From Nitrososphaerota archaeon (GTDB lineage Archaea > Thermoproteota > Nitrososphaeria > Nitrososphaerales > Nitrosopumilaceae): DNA of 29,015 nt. The DNA is taken from contig JADFLH010000017.1 of NCBI GenBank assembly GCA_022564515.1, positions 1 through 29,015 of the forward strand. The letters are read 5' to 3'. The position numbers and the translations under genes are program-made. The notes beneath the pieces were generated by a model, which was given only the letters and a program-made list of their open reading frames with translations, ran no database searches and was not told where the DNA came from. This document shows, in pieces, positions 17,502 to 25,532 of the stretch. How positions within the stretch are numbered: position 1 is the first letter of the stretch; each line of letters starts with the position of its first letter.

Positions 17502-17520
17502 AACAGTTTGCATAAAGTGT
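17502..17520 (+). repeat. dispersed intergenic 19-mer, degenerate copy 5 (15/19)
   Basis: AACAGTTTGCATAAAGTGT, flanked by tt...taa, so the palindromic arms are retained. Confidence 0.55.
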
Positions 17521-17802
17521 TAATCAGAAAAGAATGGTTTTGTCTCTTTTCCATTTTATCTACATGGAATTTCGAGAATTCTGTCATTACATCTGAACAA
17601 ACCAGTACTCTTGGGGATATTGGTACAATTGAAGCAACTCTTATGTAGACATTTAAATTTTGAAATTACGTTAAAGAAAAAAAGATTAATTTTCTAAAGT
17701 AGGAGATCAGGCAGTTCTAGTGGTCTCCTAAGAAATATCATGATCTGTTCTTGCAGAACGTGCACAAATACTTAAAAACTGTTTCTAAATATCGAATTAG
17801 AT

Positions 17803-18111
17803 ATGAAAGAATATTTTGATGAAGAGGGTCTGCTTAAAGTTATAAAAATTTTTGAATTATCTGAAGAAATTACAAAACTTACATGGAATTGGAATAATTA
17901 TTCAGATCCTGTTAAAGAAACACATGAACTTATGGATAAGGGGCAAAAACTTTTTTTAGAAATTTCTGAGTATGAGCAAAGAATGGGCTCTAAACTTAGT
18001 GTGTATCAGAAAAATAAAATCCATAATGCAATAGAAAATTTAGGAAAACTAATTCCTTATATGAAAAACAAAATCAAGCCTTCTGAAAGTTTAGAAAATA
18101 GAGTAGAATAA
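17803..18111 (+). CDS. hypothetical protein
   Basis: 102-aa ORF with an ATG start and charged helical composition. No family recognised. Confidence 0.5.
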   Translation: MKEYFDEEGLLKVIKIFELSEEITKLTWNWNNYSDPVKETHELMDKGQKLFLEISEYEQRMGSKLSVYQKNKIHNAIENLGKLIPYMKNKIKPSESLENRVE

Positions 18112-18171
18112 TGCTTAAATCATTTCCTGTGTCCATTTCATGAAGCATTTTGAAAAGAATGCTATCTGATT

Positions 18172-18190
18172 AACAGTTCGAATCTAATGT
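18172..18190 (+). repeat. dispersed intergenic 19-mer, copy 6 (17/19)
   Basis: AACAGTTCGAATCTAATGT lies between convergent 3' ends (18111 and 18213). Confidence 0.75.
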
Positions 18191-18206
18191 ATAAAAAAGA
18201 AAAAGA
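18191..18206 (-). terminator. oligo-T tract downstream of the secreted repeat protein gene
   Basis: Minus strand reads tctttttcttttttat, 7 nt after the stop, directly abutting 19-mer copy 6. Confidence 0.4.
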
Positions 18207-18212
18207 TGGGAT

Positions 18213-19640
18213 TTATTCTGTTAAAGTAGCAGTTGGATAGAACCTCATTTGGGTAAGTACAGAACCCTTATTTTCATAATCAAATCCATAGAGTACAATA
18301 TCAGCTATAATGAAAATCCATGTTTCTATGAATTCTTGACATCCGTCTTGTGTTGCAAGAAATTCTTGGAATTCTGCATCAGTCAAGGGGAGCATAAAGT
18401 CTCCAGTGATTGCAGCTATTGAGGCTTCTGTTTCACCAAAGTCTTCAGGCTCAAGCACGCCATCACCATCCGTGTCCACAGCAGCATTACAAATAACTCC
18501 ACTCCATGTAAATAGATCAGTAATTTCTATTGCTTTGCTTTTTCCTTTTCCTTTAACTGGTTCTGGGTCTTCAAATCTTTCAAGACCAAATTCTGTTTTT
18601 TTGAAGACAGCTCCTTTGTTTGTTATGAGACCCAATCCTATTATTGAAGTGTCTGTACAGTCGAGTACTTCACCTCCTTCTCCTTCAGGAAATCCTTGAG
18701 TTATCGCATTAGCTAATCTGATATCATTTTCTGAAACGAAACCATTCCCATCTACATCTAGGTAAACAGTTTCACCCAAATCAAATGCAGCTGTACCACC
18801 AGAAGAATCATTCTCATGTTTTTCATCGCCATTAAAATTAACTATAACTCGTCCTGCATCAGAATTAAAATCTTCATCAGGATCACCATCAGCAACAACT
18901 GAACCATCAGCAAATGCTCCTTGAGTGGAAGCATTGGCTAATCTGATATCATTTACTGAAACGAAACCATTCCCATCTACATCTCGGTAAATAGTTTCAC
19001 CCACATCAAATTTAGTAGGATCACCACCAGAATCATTCTCATGTTTTTCATCACCAGCAAAAGCACTTAAAACGAGTCCGGTTCCTCCAGCTTGTGCATC
19101 TGGATCAAGGGTTCCAACAACTGAATTATCTGCAAACGCTGGTAGAAAGTTACACGCGTCTATCAATTTAGGATGAGTTAGCATTACTGCGCTTGGATCA
19201 CCACCACCACCGTTGTTTGGTTTTCCAAGTATTCTCCAATAGACTTGCATTTCTACAGCTTCTAACTGGATAAGTGCTGGGTCAAGAGGGCCAGTATTTC
19301 CAAACGGATCTGCACATGGATCAAGTACTCGAAGAATGTTAAAGCCTGATGCTCTCTTATTTGAAACAAAGTTTATCTCAGATGTACCATCTATGGGTAC
19401 AAATATTGAAGAACCAAACGGTTCAGCTGCATCAGAATTGTCACAGTTAAAGAATGGTTTTTTCCCATGAATATTTATAGTTCCGTGTTCTCCACTCGGG
19501 AATCCATTACTCCATTCTATTACTGCTTGTGGTTTCTTAGCACTTGCTAAAAGATTTTCACCTGCACCATAAACACCAGCAATGATCATGGAGATCGTAA
19601 TTGTCAAAATTACCGCATTTCTAGCTGATGATGTATTCAT
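18213..19640 (-). CDS. secreted or cell-surface protein with an internal 75-aa duplication and three EF-hand/dockerin-like calcium-binding loops
   Basis: Signal/anchor sequence MNTSSARNAVILTITISMIIAGVYGAG. The loop DVDGNGFVSxND occurs twice and DTDGDGVLEPED once, and each fits the 12-residue EF-hand loop pattern (D1, D3, D/N5, G6, hydrophobic 8, D12). Start placed at ATG 19640. The track uses GTG 19664. Confidence 0.75.
   Translation of the reverse strand: MNTSSARNAVILTITISMIIAGVYGAGENLLASAKKPQAVIEWSNGFPSGEHGTINIHGKKPFFNCDNSDAAEPFGSSIFVPIDGTSEINFVSNKRASGFNILRVLDPCADPFGNTGPLDPALIQLEAVEMQVYWRILGKPNNGGGGDPSAVMLTHPKLIDACNFLPAFADNSVVGTLDPDAQAGGTGLVLSAFAGDEKHENDSGGDPTKFDVGETIYRDVDGNGFVSVNDIRLANASTQGAFADGSVVADGDPDEDFNSDAGRVIVNFNGDEKHENDSSGGTAAFDLGETVYLDVDGNGFVSENDIRLANAITQGFPEGEGGEVLDCTDTSIIGLGLITNKGAVFKKTEFGLERFEDPEPVKGKGKSKAIEITDLFTWSGVICNAAVDTDGDGVLEPEDFGETEASIAAITGDFMLPLTDAEFQEFLATQDGCQEFIETWIFIIADIVLYGFDYENKGSVLTQMRFYPTATLTE
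18693..18836 (-). repeat. intragenic repeat unit 2 (aa 277-324 of the 483-aa track ORF)
   Basis: FNGDEKHENDSSGGTAAFDLGETVYLDVDGNGFVSENDIRLANAITQG. Long identical nucleotide runs are shared with 18918-19061. Confidence 0.85.
18918..19061 (-). repeat. intragenic repeat unit 1 (aa 202-249 of the 483-aa track ORF)
   Basis: FAGDEKHENDSGGDPTKFDVGETIYRDVDGNGFVSVNDIRLANASTQG. The repeat period is 225 nt. Confidence 0.85.
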
Positions 19641-19789
19641 TACATGTTGTCTTTTTGTTACCACAAACTCGCATCAGCAATTTGTATAATTATCAAGTAG
19701 TGTGTTCATTTTTTACGCAACATAGACCAAAAATATGAGAAATGATGATTATAATTGATAAAGAATGAGTTTAAAGGAAATTTAAAAAA

Positions 19790-20038
19790 TTAAAGTTTTT
19801 CTTCAACAGATAATGATTTTAATTGATGTTCGATTCGTAATGATCCGGTAGAAGATCTTTTATTTATTCTAGACAAGGCTCTGTTTGCCGTCTTTTCACC
19901 GTATGTGGATCTGAGATGCTTCATCATGCTTGTTCGAACCCTTCCAAATCGTTGTTTGTCCAAAATTATAGAATCCTCGCATTCAAGTTCTCCTTTTAAA
20001 TATTCATACTCATCGATCTCTTGCCTTAAGTTTGCCAC
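19790..20038 (-). CDS. hypothetical protein
   Basis: 82-aa ORF with a GTG start (MANLRQEIDEYEY...) and a tttaaaatt TATA-like box ~20-28 nt upstream. No family recognised. Confidence 0.45.
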   Translation of the reverse strand: MANLRQEIDEYEYLKGELECEDSIILDKQRFGRVRTSMMKHLRSTYGEKTANRALSRINKRSSTGSLRIEHQLKSLSVEEKL

Positions 20039-20076
20039 AATTTAAAGAGCAGAATTTTAAACAAAAGGAATATGCT

Positions 20077-20089
20077 GTTCGATTCGAAC
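20077..20089. promoter_or_regulatory. perfect 6-1-6 inverted repeat GTTCGA-T-TCGAAC just distal to the TATA-like box of ORF 19790-20038
   Basis: The arms are exact reverse complements. It lies 39-51 nt upstream of the GTG start and shares the GTTCG core with the dispersed 19-mer. Confidence 0.3.
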
Positions 20090-20150
20090 AACATTCATCT
20101 TTTACTGTTTGGGAATTTTCCCAATCCTATAAAAGACAAAGAAACGCATT

Positions 20151-20169
20151 AACAGTTTGTAACAAATGT
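20151..20169 (+). repeat. dispersed intergenic 19-mer, copy 7 (17/19)
   Basis: AACAGTTTGTAACAAATGT flanked by tt...ta. Lies between the tbp 3' end (20282) and the start of ORF 19790-20038. Confidence 0.75.
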
Positions 20170-20281
20170 TACATCCTTAGTAGATAACTTGCGATAGATC
20201 CTTGTGTTTTGGGCAGAAAAATTCCACAGCTATCAACATGAACAGATAAGATATTTATAAAAATCAGCAAAATGCCTGCAC

Positions 20282-20842
20282 CTAATCGTAATAGATCAAG
20301 TTTTTTTCCTCAAGAGTATTGTGAATATTATGTATGGCCCGAAAAACTTCGTGAGTGGATTTGCCTCCAGTGCATACCAATTTTCCTGAGGCAAAAATCA
20401 AAATTACAGTTTTTGGATCAATCATCCTATGAACCAAACCAGGAAACTGTTCAGGCTCATACATGCTTTTTGGTAGCACCCTTGCTGCTTGCTCTAGGTG
20501 AATCCTGCCACCAAGATTTATTGCAGAGACTATATTTTCTACTGTGACTTTGGGCTCATTTTTTATTTTGACATTTTTAGCTCGAAGTTTTTCGACAACA
20601 TTACTTACTGCCCTTTTTGCCATATCTTCTGATTTTGCACCCGTACATACCATGTTTCCAGTGCGGAAAAGCAGGATTGCAGTTTTTGGTGATTTTAGTT
20701 TGAAAATTGCCCCAGGAAACTTTTTTGGATGATATTCCACCTCAGGAAATTTTTTTGTTATATCATCAAGGTCAAGTGCTTGTTCTACTGTGGCAGATAC
20801 AACTACATTTTCTATGCTGACAATAGGCTTTGTTTGTGGCAT
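20282..20842 (-). CDS. tbp: TATA-box binding protein
   Basis: Two imperfect direct repeats: IENVVVSATV...YHPKKFPGAIFKLKSPKTAILLFRTGNMVCTGAKS and VENIVSAINL...YEPEQFPGLVHRMIDPKTVILIFASGKLVCTGGKS. Confidence 0.95.
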   Translation of the reverse strand: MPQTKPIVSIENVVVSATVEQALDLDDITKKFPEVEYHPKKFPGAIFKLKSPKTAILLFRTGNMVCTGAKSEDMAKRAVSNVVEKLRAKNVKIKNEPKVTVENIVSAINLGGRIHLEQAARVLPKSMYEPEQFPGLVHRMIDPKTVILIFASGKLVCTGGKSTHEVFRAIHNIHNTLEEKNLIYYD

Positions 20843-20963
20843 TTTTTAAACTTCATGGTCTTTTTTGATCACGCCAATACTATTTTGATTTCACTAACAG
20901 GATGGTTTGAGATTTTTTTGTGTAAGATAGCTGTGAATTGTTCGATGAATGTTAAATCACATC

Positions 20964-21093
20964 GGTAACATTTCCATGCCATCGCACTCATCGTTTCATA
21001 GAACAATGTTTTGCATATAATAACAACGTAGAAATGATCAGTATGATCTAAATATGATTACATAGAGACAAATAGTTTACTGGAAATGTTACC
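20964..21093. repeat. 13-nt perfect inverted repeat pair GGTAACATTTCCA (20964-20976) / TGGAAATGTTACC (21081-21093)
   Basis: Exact reverse complements 104 nt apart in the 425-bp non-coding region upstream of tbp. Both contain the AAATGTTA half-site word of the dispersed element. Confidence 0.6.
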
Positions 21094-21216
21094 AGAGTAT
21101 CACTAGGAAGGCTGTCTGCTGAATAAGCTTATACCACTATGATTGTAAATGTAACTTCCTCTTGAAAATCACAATTTCTGAGATAAAAATTGTTTTGGGT
21201 GGTTTAGAAAATTTTG

Positions 21217-21235
21217 ACTACTGATAAGAACTGTT
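21217..21235 (-). repeat. dispersed intergenic 19-mer, degenerate copy 8 (15/19)
   Basis: Minus strand reads AACAGTTCTTATCAGTAGT, preceded by tt. Lies 34 nt upstream of ORF 21269. Confidence 0.5.
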
Positions 21236-21268
21236 AATGGTTTTATACTAATTTTGTAATGATGAAAG

Positions 21269-21472
21269 GTGAATTTCACAGAAATTGAAGAACACATGAA
21301 ACTGGCCCATGAGGAATTTGGTACAATAAACAGCCTAAGAAAATCTGATGCAAGCCACTTTGAGAAACAAAGATTGCAAGATGCTCTGAGACATTACAAC
21401 AAGATTAGAGAAAAATATCATACCAAAAAAGCTGAAATAGCAAACAACATTTTACACATAGCTGAATTGTGA
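21269..21472 (+). CDS. hypothetical small protein (weak)
   Basis: 67-aa ORF with a GTG start and charged helical composition. An oligo-T tract and a 19-mer copy follow its stop. Confidence 0.3.
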   Translation: MNFTEIEEHMKLAHEEFGTINSLRKSDASHFEKQRLQDALRHYNKIREKYHTKKAEIANNILHIAEL

Positions 21473-21495
21473 ATCTTCAATTAAAATTTGCAAAG

Positions 21496-21501
21496 TTTTT
21501 T
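21496..21501 (+). terminator. T6 tract downstream of ORF 21269-21472
   Basis: tttttt lies 24 nt after the stop and 5 nt before 19-mer copy 9. Confidence 0.3.
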
Positions 21502-21506
21502 GATTA

Positions 21507-21525
21507 ACATTTGACACAAACTGTA
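21507..21525 (-). repeat. dispersed intergenic 19-mer, copy 9 (16/19)
   Basis: Minus strand reads TACAGTTTGTGTCAAATGT followed by taa. Lies between convergent 3' ends (21472 and 21619). Confidence 0.65.
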
Positions 21526-21618
21526 AATCAGAATGCTGTTTTGTTAGGTTTGCAAAGATTGAGTCAATGTATGACACCTTTTCGTACCATGCAATTCACA
21601 GAGCAGGTTTGGTATTAA

Positions 21619-22545
21619 TCATTTGTAAACAATAGTTCCTGATTTGAGCTTTGCTGCCTTTCTTGCTTTTCCGACGGCAGCTATGACCGCATTTTTGCCA
21701 GTGTTTTCAGCAAATCGTATAGCTGCTTTGACCTTTGGTTTCATGCTACCTTCCTCAAATTTTCCATCATCCCAAAGCTCTTTCAGTTTATCTGCCCGTA
21801 TTTTTCTTATCAGTTTTTTGTTTTTGCTTCTGAAATTTTCGTAGGCACCTGCCACATCTGTCAAGCTGACAAACACAGAAGCACCTATGCTAGTGGCAAG
21901 TACCTCGCTTGCAAGATCCTTGTCGATAACTGCTTCAGTAAAGACGATTTTATTTTTATTTATCACAGGGATTCCTCCACCACCACATGCAATCACTATA
22001 TAGCCATCTTCAATGAGCTCCTTTACGGCATTGAGTTCTATAACGGAAATCGGGTTTGGTGATGGTACAACTCTTCTGAATTTTCCTGGTACCATCTCTC
22101 TGAAAGATGCCGAAGGTTGTAACTTTTTGATCTTACGAAGCTCATCTTTTGTAAAAAATGAACCTATCGGCTTTGTTGGGTTTTTGAATGCAGGATCTTT
22201 TGCTAAAACCGTCACATTTGTGATCAGACTTGCAACTTTAAAGTCTCTTCCTAGATGTCCCAGCAATGAAGCCTGAATCATTGCTCCCAACATCCCCTGT
22301 GTTTCTGCAACACATGCATAAAGCGGTAATGGTGGAACAAGATCCTTTGCACACTCGTTTCTCAACATAGCGTCTCCTACCTGCGGACCGTTACCGTGGG
22401 TGATCACTATCTTGTATCCATCTCTTGCAAGACTTGCTATTTCCTTTGTAGCATCTCTTATTGCACTATATTGGGAATCAAATGTTCTTGACACATTTGC
22501 TATAGCGTTGCCACCAAGGGCAAGAACTATAATTTCTTTTGACAA
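21619..22545 (-). CDS. arcC: carbamate kinase
   Basis: IVLALGGNAI, VITHGNGPQVG and ACGGGGIPV are carbamate kinase / amino-acid-kinase family signatures. 308 aa. Confidence 0.9.
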   Translation of the reverse strand: MSKEIIVLALGGNAIANVSRTFDSQYSAIRDATKEIASLARDGYKIVITHGNGPQVGDAMLRNECAKDLVPPLPLYACVAETQGMLGAMIQASLLGHLGRDFKVASLITNVTVLAKDPAFKNPTKPIGSFFTKDELRKIKKLQPSASFREMVPGKFRRVVPSPNPISVIELNAVKELIEDGYIVIACGGGGIPVINKNKIVFTEAVIDKDLASEVLATSIGASVFVSLTDVAGAYENFRSKNKKLIRKIRADKLKELWDDGKFEEGSMKPKVKAAIRFAENTGKNAVIAAVGKARKAAKLKSGTIVYK

Positions 22546-22695
22546 CTTGGATAATTATCGAATGTGGCATAATATTAACGGTAAAATTACTTAAAAGCCA
22601 TTATGGATAAGAAAAAAATCATTGAACAATTTAACAAAAATAGCATAATCAAGTTTCCGCCCGTAATTGTTGACATTACAAAATTAGTTTACACA

Positions 22696-23076
22696 TTATA
22701 ATCCCCCGCCAGAAACTTCACTCAATTCAATTTCATATCCATTAGGATCTTTAATGTATATTGATTGCGACCTTTCAAATTGGACTGGACCGTCATAAAG
22801 AACTTCGATTCCAAGCGTTTTGCACTTTTCCATTATTTCATCAAAATTTTCTATATTAAAACCAAAATGAGCTATTCCTCCTTCTGGTGACATCTCAGAG
22901 TCCTCGTAAAGACAGAGTTTGATGTTATCATTTCCTATAATTTTCGAATTTTGTTCAGGTTGTTCCTTTTTTACTTCAAAACCAAAAAGTTTCTTGTAAA
23001 AAACTACGCTTTCATCCAAGTGTTTAACCCTCATATTGACGTGATCCATTGAGGTTGCTTTTAGCATGTCCGCCAT
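22696..23076 (-). CDS. VOC (glyoxalase/bleomycin-resistance/dioxygenase) family protein
   Basis: MDHVNMRVKHLDESVVFYKKLFGFEV...IAHFGF...DPNGYEIEL is the typical VOC beta-alpha-beta-beta-beta module. Confidence 0.85.
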   Translation of the reverse strand: MADMLKATSMDHVNMRVKHLDESVVFYKKLFGFEVKKEQPEQNSKIIGNDNIKLCLYEDSEMSPEGGIAHFGFNIENFDEIMEKCKTLGIEVLYDGPVQFERSQSIYIKDPNGYEIELSEVSGGGL

Positions 23077-23118
23077 TGCTATTGTATTAAGTATGAGTCA
23101 TATTTGAAATAAATTGAG

Positions 23119-23239
23119 TCCCAAGCGCAGGAGTTGAACCTGCGACAACCCGGTTTCTGTATGCCTGATATGCTGTTATTCGGTCAGCCTAAAGCCAACA
23201 ACTACAGCCGGAAGCTCTACCAGGCTGAGCTAGCTTGGG
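23119..23239 (-). tRNA. tRNA-Tyr (anticodon GTA) with a 47-nt intron at the canonical 37/38 position
   Basis: Manual fold. Acceptor CCCAAGC/GCTTGGG (C1:G72, A73: the archaeal tRNA-Tyr identity pair). D-arm GCTC-AGCCTGGTA-GAGC. Anticodon stem TCCGG/CCGGG with loop CT-GTA-G...A. T-arm GCAGG-TTCAACT-CCTGC. The intron is ~23155-23201, and its 3' part (UACAG) pairs with loop CUGUA, as expected for a bulge-helix-bulge substrate. No encoded CCA. Confidence 0.9.
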
Positions 23240-23355
23240 ACAAATTATTTCGCCCTATTCTAGTATTAAATAACTATCGAATGAAAATCGGAATTGAATC
23301 AAATTAGGCAGTCTTGATTGTGAACAAATAATTTTAAAATAATAAATAATAACTC

Positions 23356-23985
23356 TTGCCTTTAGAGAATCCATTGAGTCCTCAGGAAAACTCAACTAAC
23401 GGATATATCTGTGTTCCATATTTACATGATCATGATTCTATTGAATTGAAAGATACATGGTTTCATTCACAAGATATCAGTGATGTATATTTCGTAACTG
23501 CAACCTTTTCAAATGAAAGCAAGCTTTACTTTCCTACATGTGCAAATCATTATTTATTGGCAAAATTCAATGACTGTGAAAAAATAAAAAAAGAAATTGA
23601 AAAATACAATAAAGAAAAAACATCTTTTGTTTTTAATATGGATGATGGTTTCTTTGAAAGAAATGCAGACGATTCAACGAACTTTATTTCTGTATATTAT
23701 TTAGATTATGGAGAAACACTAGATGATTTTATTGAAGTTGCAAATGTTATAGCTAACCGAGAAAAGGTGAAATGTGCAGGATTAGGCCATATGGATGTTT
23801 TTCCTGAAAGCACACCAAAGTTTACTTTTCCATATAGGGATAATATTGTCATTTTAGAAGTTTCAAGTGATAAAAGTTTTCAAAGTGTTAACCAATATTG
23901 CGAAAAAACTCGTCGTCAAATCAATAGAAAAGGGATCGTGATGACAAATTTGATTAGTTTTTCTATTCTTGAAAAGTTAAAATAG
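23356..23985 (+). CDS. hypothetical protein (island-borne; start uncertain)
   Basis: 209-aa ORF only if TTG 23356 is used. The first in-frame ATG is codon 94. An AT-rich TATA-like ttttaaaataataaataa lies 10-25 nt upstream of the TTG. No family recognised. Confidence 0.45.
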   Translation: MPLENPLSPQENSTNGYICVPYLHDHDSIELKDTWFHSQDISDVYFVTATFSNESKLYFPTCANHYLLAKFNDCEKIKKEIEKYNKEKTSFVFNMDDGFFERNADDSTNFISVYYLDYGETLDDFIEVANVIANREKVKCAGLGHMDVFPESTPKFTFPYRDNIVILEVSSDKSFQSVNQYCEKTRRQINRKGIVMTNLISFSILEKLK

Positions 23986-24044
23986 AAAAGTTAAACATGT
24001 CACGCGTCTAGTGCTCTTAATATCTCCCTATCTTAACATAAAAT

Positions 24045-24266
24045 GTGAAAAAACAGCGAAGCTTGCGGTTATTTGAGCAGATCCTGAAATCTGACTTGAC
24101 CAAAAAAGTCTACTTGCAGAGCCTCAACTACTTTAGGGAATATTGTAAAGTAAAGGATTTTGACTCGTTGCTTGATATTCCACCAAAAAAACTCCAGATG
24201 CTGATTGAGGATTATGTGATTTGCCTAAAGGGAAAAATTTCTCCAAATTCCATTCCTACCAGATAA
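24045..24266 (+). pseudogene. truncated tyrosine-recombinase (integrase) N-terminal SAM-like/core-binding fragment
   Basis: 73 aa: LFEQILKSDLTKKVYLQSLNYFREYC...IPPKKLQMLIEDYVICLKGKISPNSI follows the phage-integrase N-terminal domain pattern (S..T...Y...L..F ... I..Y...L....S..S). It stops far short of a ~300-aa integrase, and I could not read a catalytic domain in any downstream frame. The family call is by eye. Confidence 0.45.
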
Positions 24267-24486
24267 TTGAAGATAGAACTATGATTGATTCGATGCCGAT
24301 TTCATTGAATTACTTTGATAAATCTATGATCAAATCGACAGTTTTAATGAAATGAATTTCCAAAATTAATTCCTGAAAGATTCGGATTGAATGATAATTA
24401 TTCGTGCTCAGAATCATGTCAATTATGTCATGAGAGGATAACACAGACAGTTCTATATAGTCTTAGTAACGCCCTAGGAATAAGAT

Positions 24487-24642
24487 ATGAAGTACATGTG
24501 CAGGACCTGTAAAACACAATGTGATGATATTCCAAAACATATGATTACAGTACACAAATTTTCAAAAACACTGGTGGAATCCCAACTCAAATCAAACCCA
24601 AATTGTTATAAAAATTCCTTTGAAAATTTGAATAATGACTGA
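24487..24642 (+). CDS. small C2H2-like zinc-finger protein (51 aa, below the track cutoff)
   Basis: Own translation: MKYMCRTCKTQCDDIPKHMITVHKFSKTLVESQLKSNPNCYKNSFENLNNDStop. Spacing is C-x2-C-x9-H-x4-H. Confidence 0.4.
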   Translation: MKYMCRTCKTQCDDIPKHMITVHKFSKTLVESQLKSNPNCYKNSFENLNND

Positions 24643-24872
24643 AGTAAAATCACAATACAAGCAAAAAATAAGGAACCAGACAATAATTCAATTTAACAAA
24701 ATTCTAACAAACCAACCTTACATTATATCGTGAATCAATACGGATTTTTTATGCGTGAAAAAGGGGGATTCTATTTTTACTGATTGTCAATAAAAAGGGA
24801 AAGCCACTCGCCCCAGCACAAATTCTGCCTATAACTAACGTTATGACGTGAGTGTGATATGTTGGAAAGGTT

Positions 24873-24891
24873 AACAGTTCGTATCAAATGT
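24873..24891 (+). repeat. dispersed intergenic 19-mer, copy 10 (exact)
   Basis: 19/19. The full unit ttAACAGTTCGTATCAAATGTtaa (24871-24894) is 18/24 self-complementary. An A8 run follows. Confidence 0.85.
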
Positions 24892-24896
24892 TAATG

Positions 24897-24904
24897 AAAA
24901 AAAA
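24897..24904 (-). terminator. T8 tract downstream of ORF 24928-25110
   Basis: Minus-strand tttttttt lies 24 nt after the stop and 5 nt before the 19-mer copy. Confidence 0.35.
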
Positions 24905-24927
24905 GTTAGTCAGCAACATTAACAAAA

Positions 24928-25110
24928 TCAATCTTTAAAATGCTTTTTGCTTTCGATATAGAAATTTTTTACCCAACAGTACTTCAATTCTTCCTGTGTA
25001 TGGTCCTTTTTGGGTTTTTGACATATTGGACATATCTCATTAGTTTTTTTAAATTTTGAGCCATAAGCCCCTGATATAGGGTCGTCCCTACTACTGTCAT
25101 ACAAGTCCAT
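24928..25110 (-). CDS. small Cys/His-containing hypothetical protein
   Basis: 60-aa ORF with ICPICQKPKKDHTQEELKYC (CxxC...H...C). A strong tttatataaa TATA box lies 21-32 nt upstream of the ATG, and the 22-nt shared element lies just beyond it. Confidence 0.5.
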   Translation of the reverse strand: MDLYDSSRDDPISGAYGSKFKKTNEICPICQKPKKDHTQEELKYCWVKNFYIESKKHFKD

Positions 25111-25149
25111 TACTACATCATTACACGGTTTTTTATATAAATCTCAAAG

Positions 25150-25171
25150 TGATTTAGCGAAATTGGAATCT
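25150..25171 (-). promoter_or_regulatory. 22-nt promoter-proximal element, copy B
   Basis: TGATTTAGCGAAATTGGAATCT matches 278-299 at 21/22. It starts 7 nt distal to the TATA box of ORF 24928-25110. Confidence 0.35.
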
Positions 25172-25251
25172 GAGTAATTGGTCTAATTCGCCATTATTTT
25201 TTTAACATCGAGTCTAAGAATTTTAATATACTCGGATTAACTACTAAAATT

Positions 25252-25359
25252 ATGAAATACTGCCATGATTGTTTAACTCCGATTAAGAGAGACTCAAAAG
25301 AAGAGTATTGTTCTTTTTGTAAAAGAGATAGAGCCCTTAAAGAAAGCTCTGCAGCTTAG
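25252..25359 (+). CDS. 4-Cys zinc-ribbon mini-protein (35 aa, below the track cutoff)
   Basis: Own translation: MKYCHDCLTPIKRDSKEEYCSFCKRDRALKESSAAStop (CxxC...CxxC). A ttttaatata TATA-like box lies ~25 nt upstream. Confidence 0.4.
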   Translation: MKYCHDCLTPIKRDSKEEYCSFCKRDRALKESSAA

Positions 25360-25532
25360 GACTCTGATTTTTAGTTAAACCATCAAGTGGTATTTTTGCA
25401 TTCACATTTTTTGTTTATCGAATCTTGAGGGTCAAACTTTGATTATGCCAGACTTGGATTGTGGAAGAAACCTATTCGTATTTTGAAGAAATTGGAATTT
25501 CTTTGCCAACAACGGACTTGATTGTCTGCGTT

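Noticed and set aside
17351-17503. 50-aa His-rich ORF (MCLKLHASHIFPKRPLVRHNVMLHLMMIKCHIF...).
   Set aside because: Its composition is driven by the CAT/ATG-rich direct repeats of the spacer. It has no promoter-like context and runs through the palindrome and a 19-mer copy.
19827-19837. 11-nt repeat TGTTCGATTCG at 19827-19837 (inside ORF 19790-20038) and 20076-20086 (upstream of it).
   Set aside because: Many 11-mer coincidences are expected in a window this size. Only the upstream copy forms a palindrome, which is reported separately at low confidence.
1350-22594. Many track ORFs lying antisense to or inside strongly supported genes: 1350-1655, 2172-2441, 3143-3343, 3592-3855, 4602-4844, 6253-6495, 6299-6577, 6522-6740, 7079-7543, 7757-7978, 9677-9922, 10568-10768, 13139-13342, 13658-13885, 14373-14633, 15122-15316, 18406-18699, 20272-20547, 20544-20732, 20729-20968, 21644-21844, 22013-22276, 22400-22594. 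Also, further along, 25716-25913 and 26969-27256.
   Set aside because: Each overlaps a gene with clear family motifs on the other strand or frame. They have low-complexity Ser/Phe/Leu/Ile-rich translations typical of shadow ORFs in AT-rich DNA.
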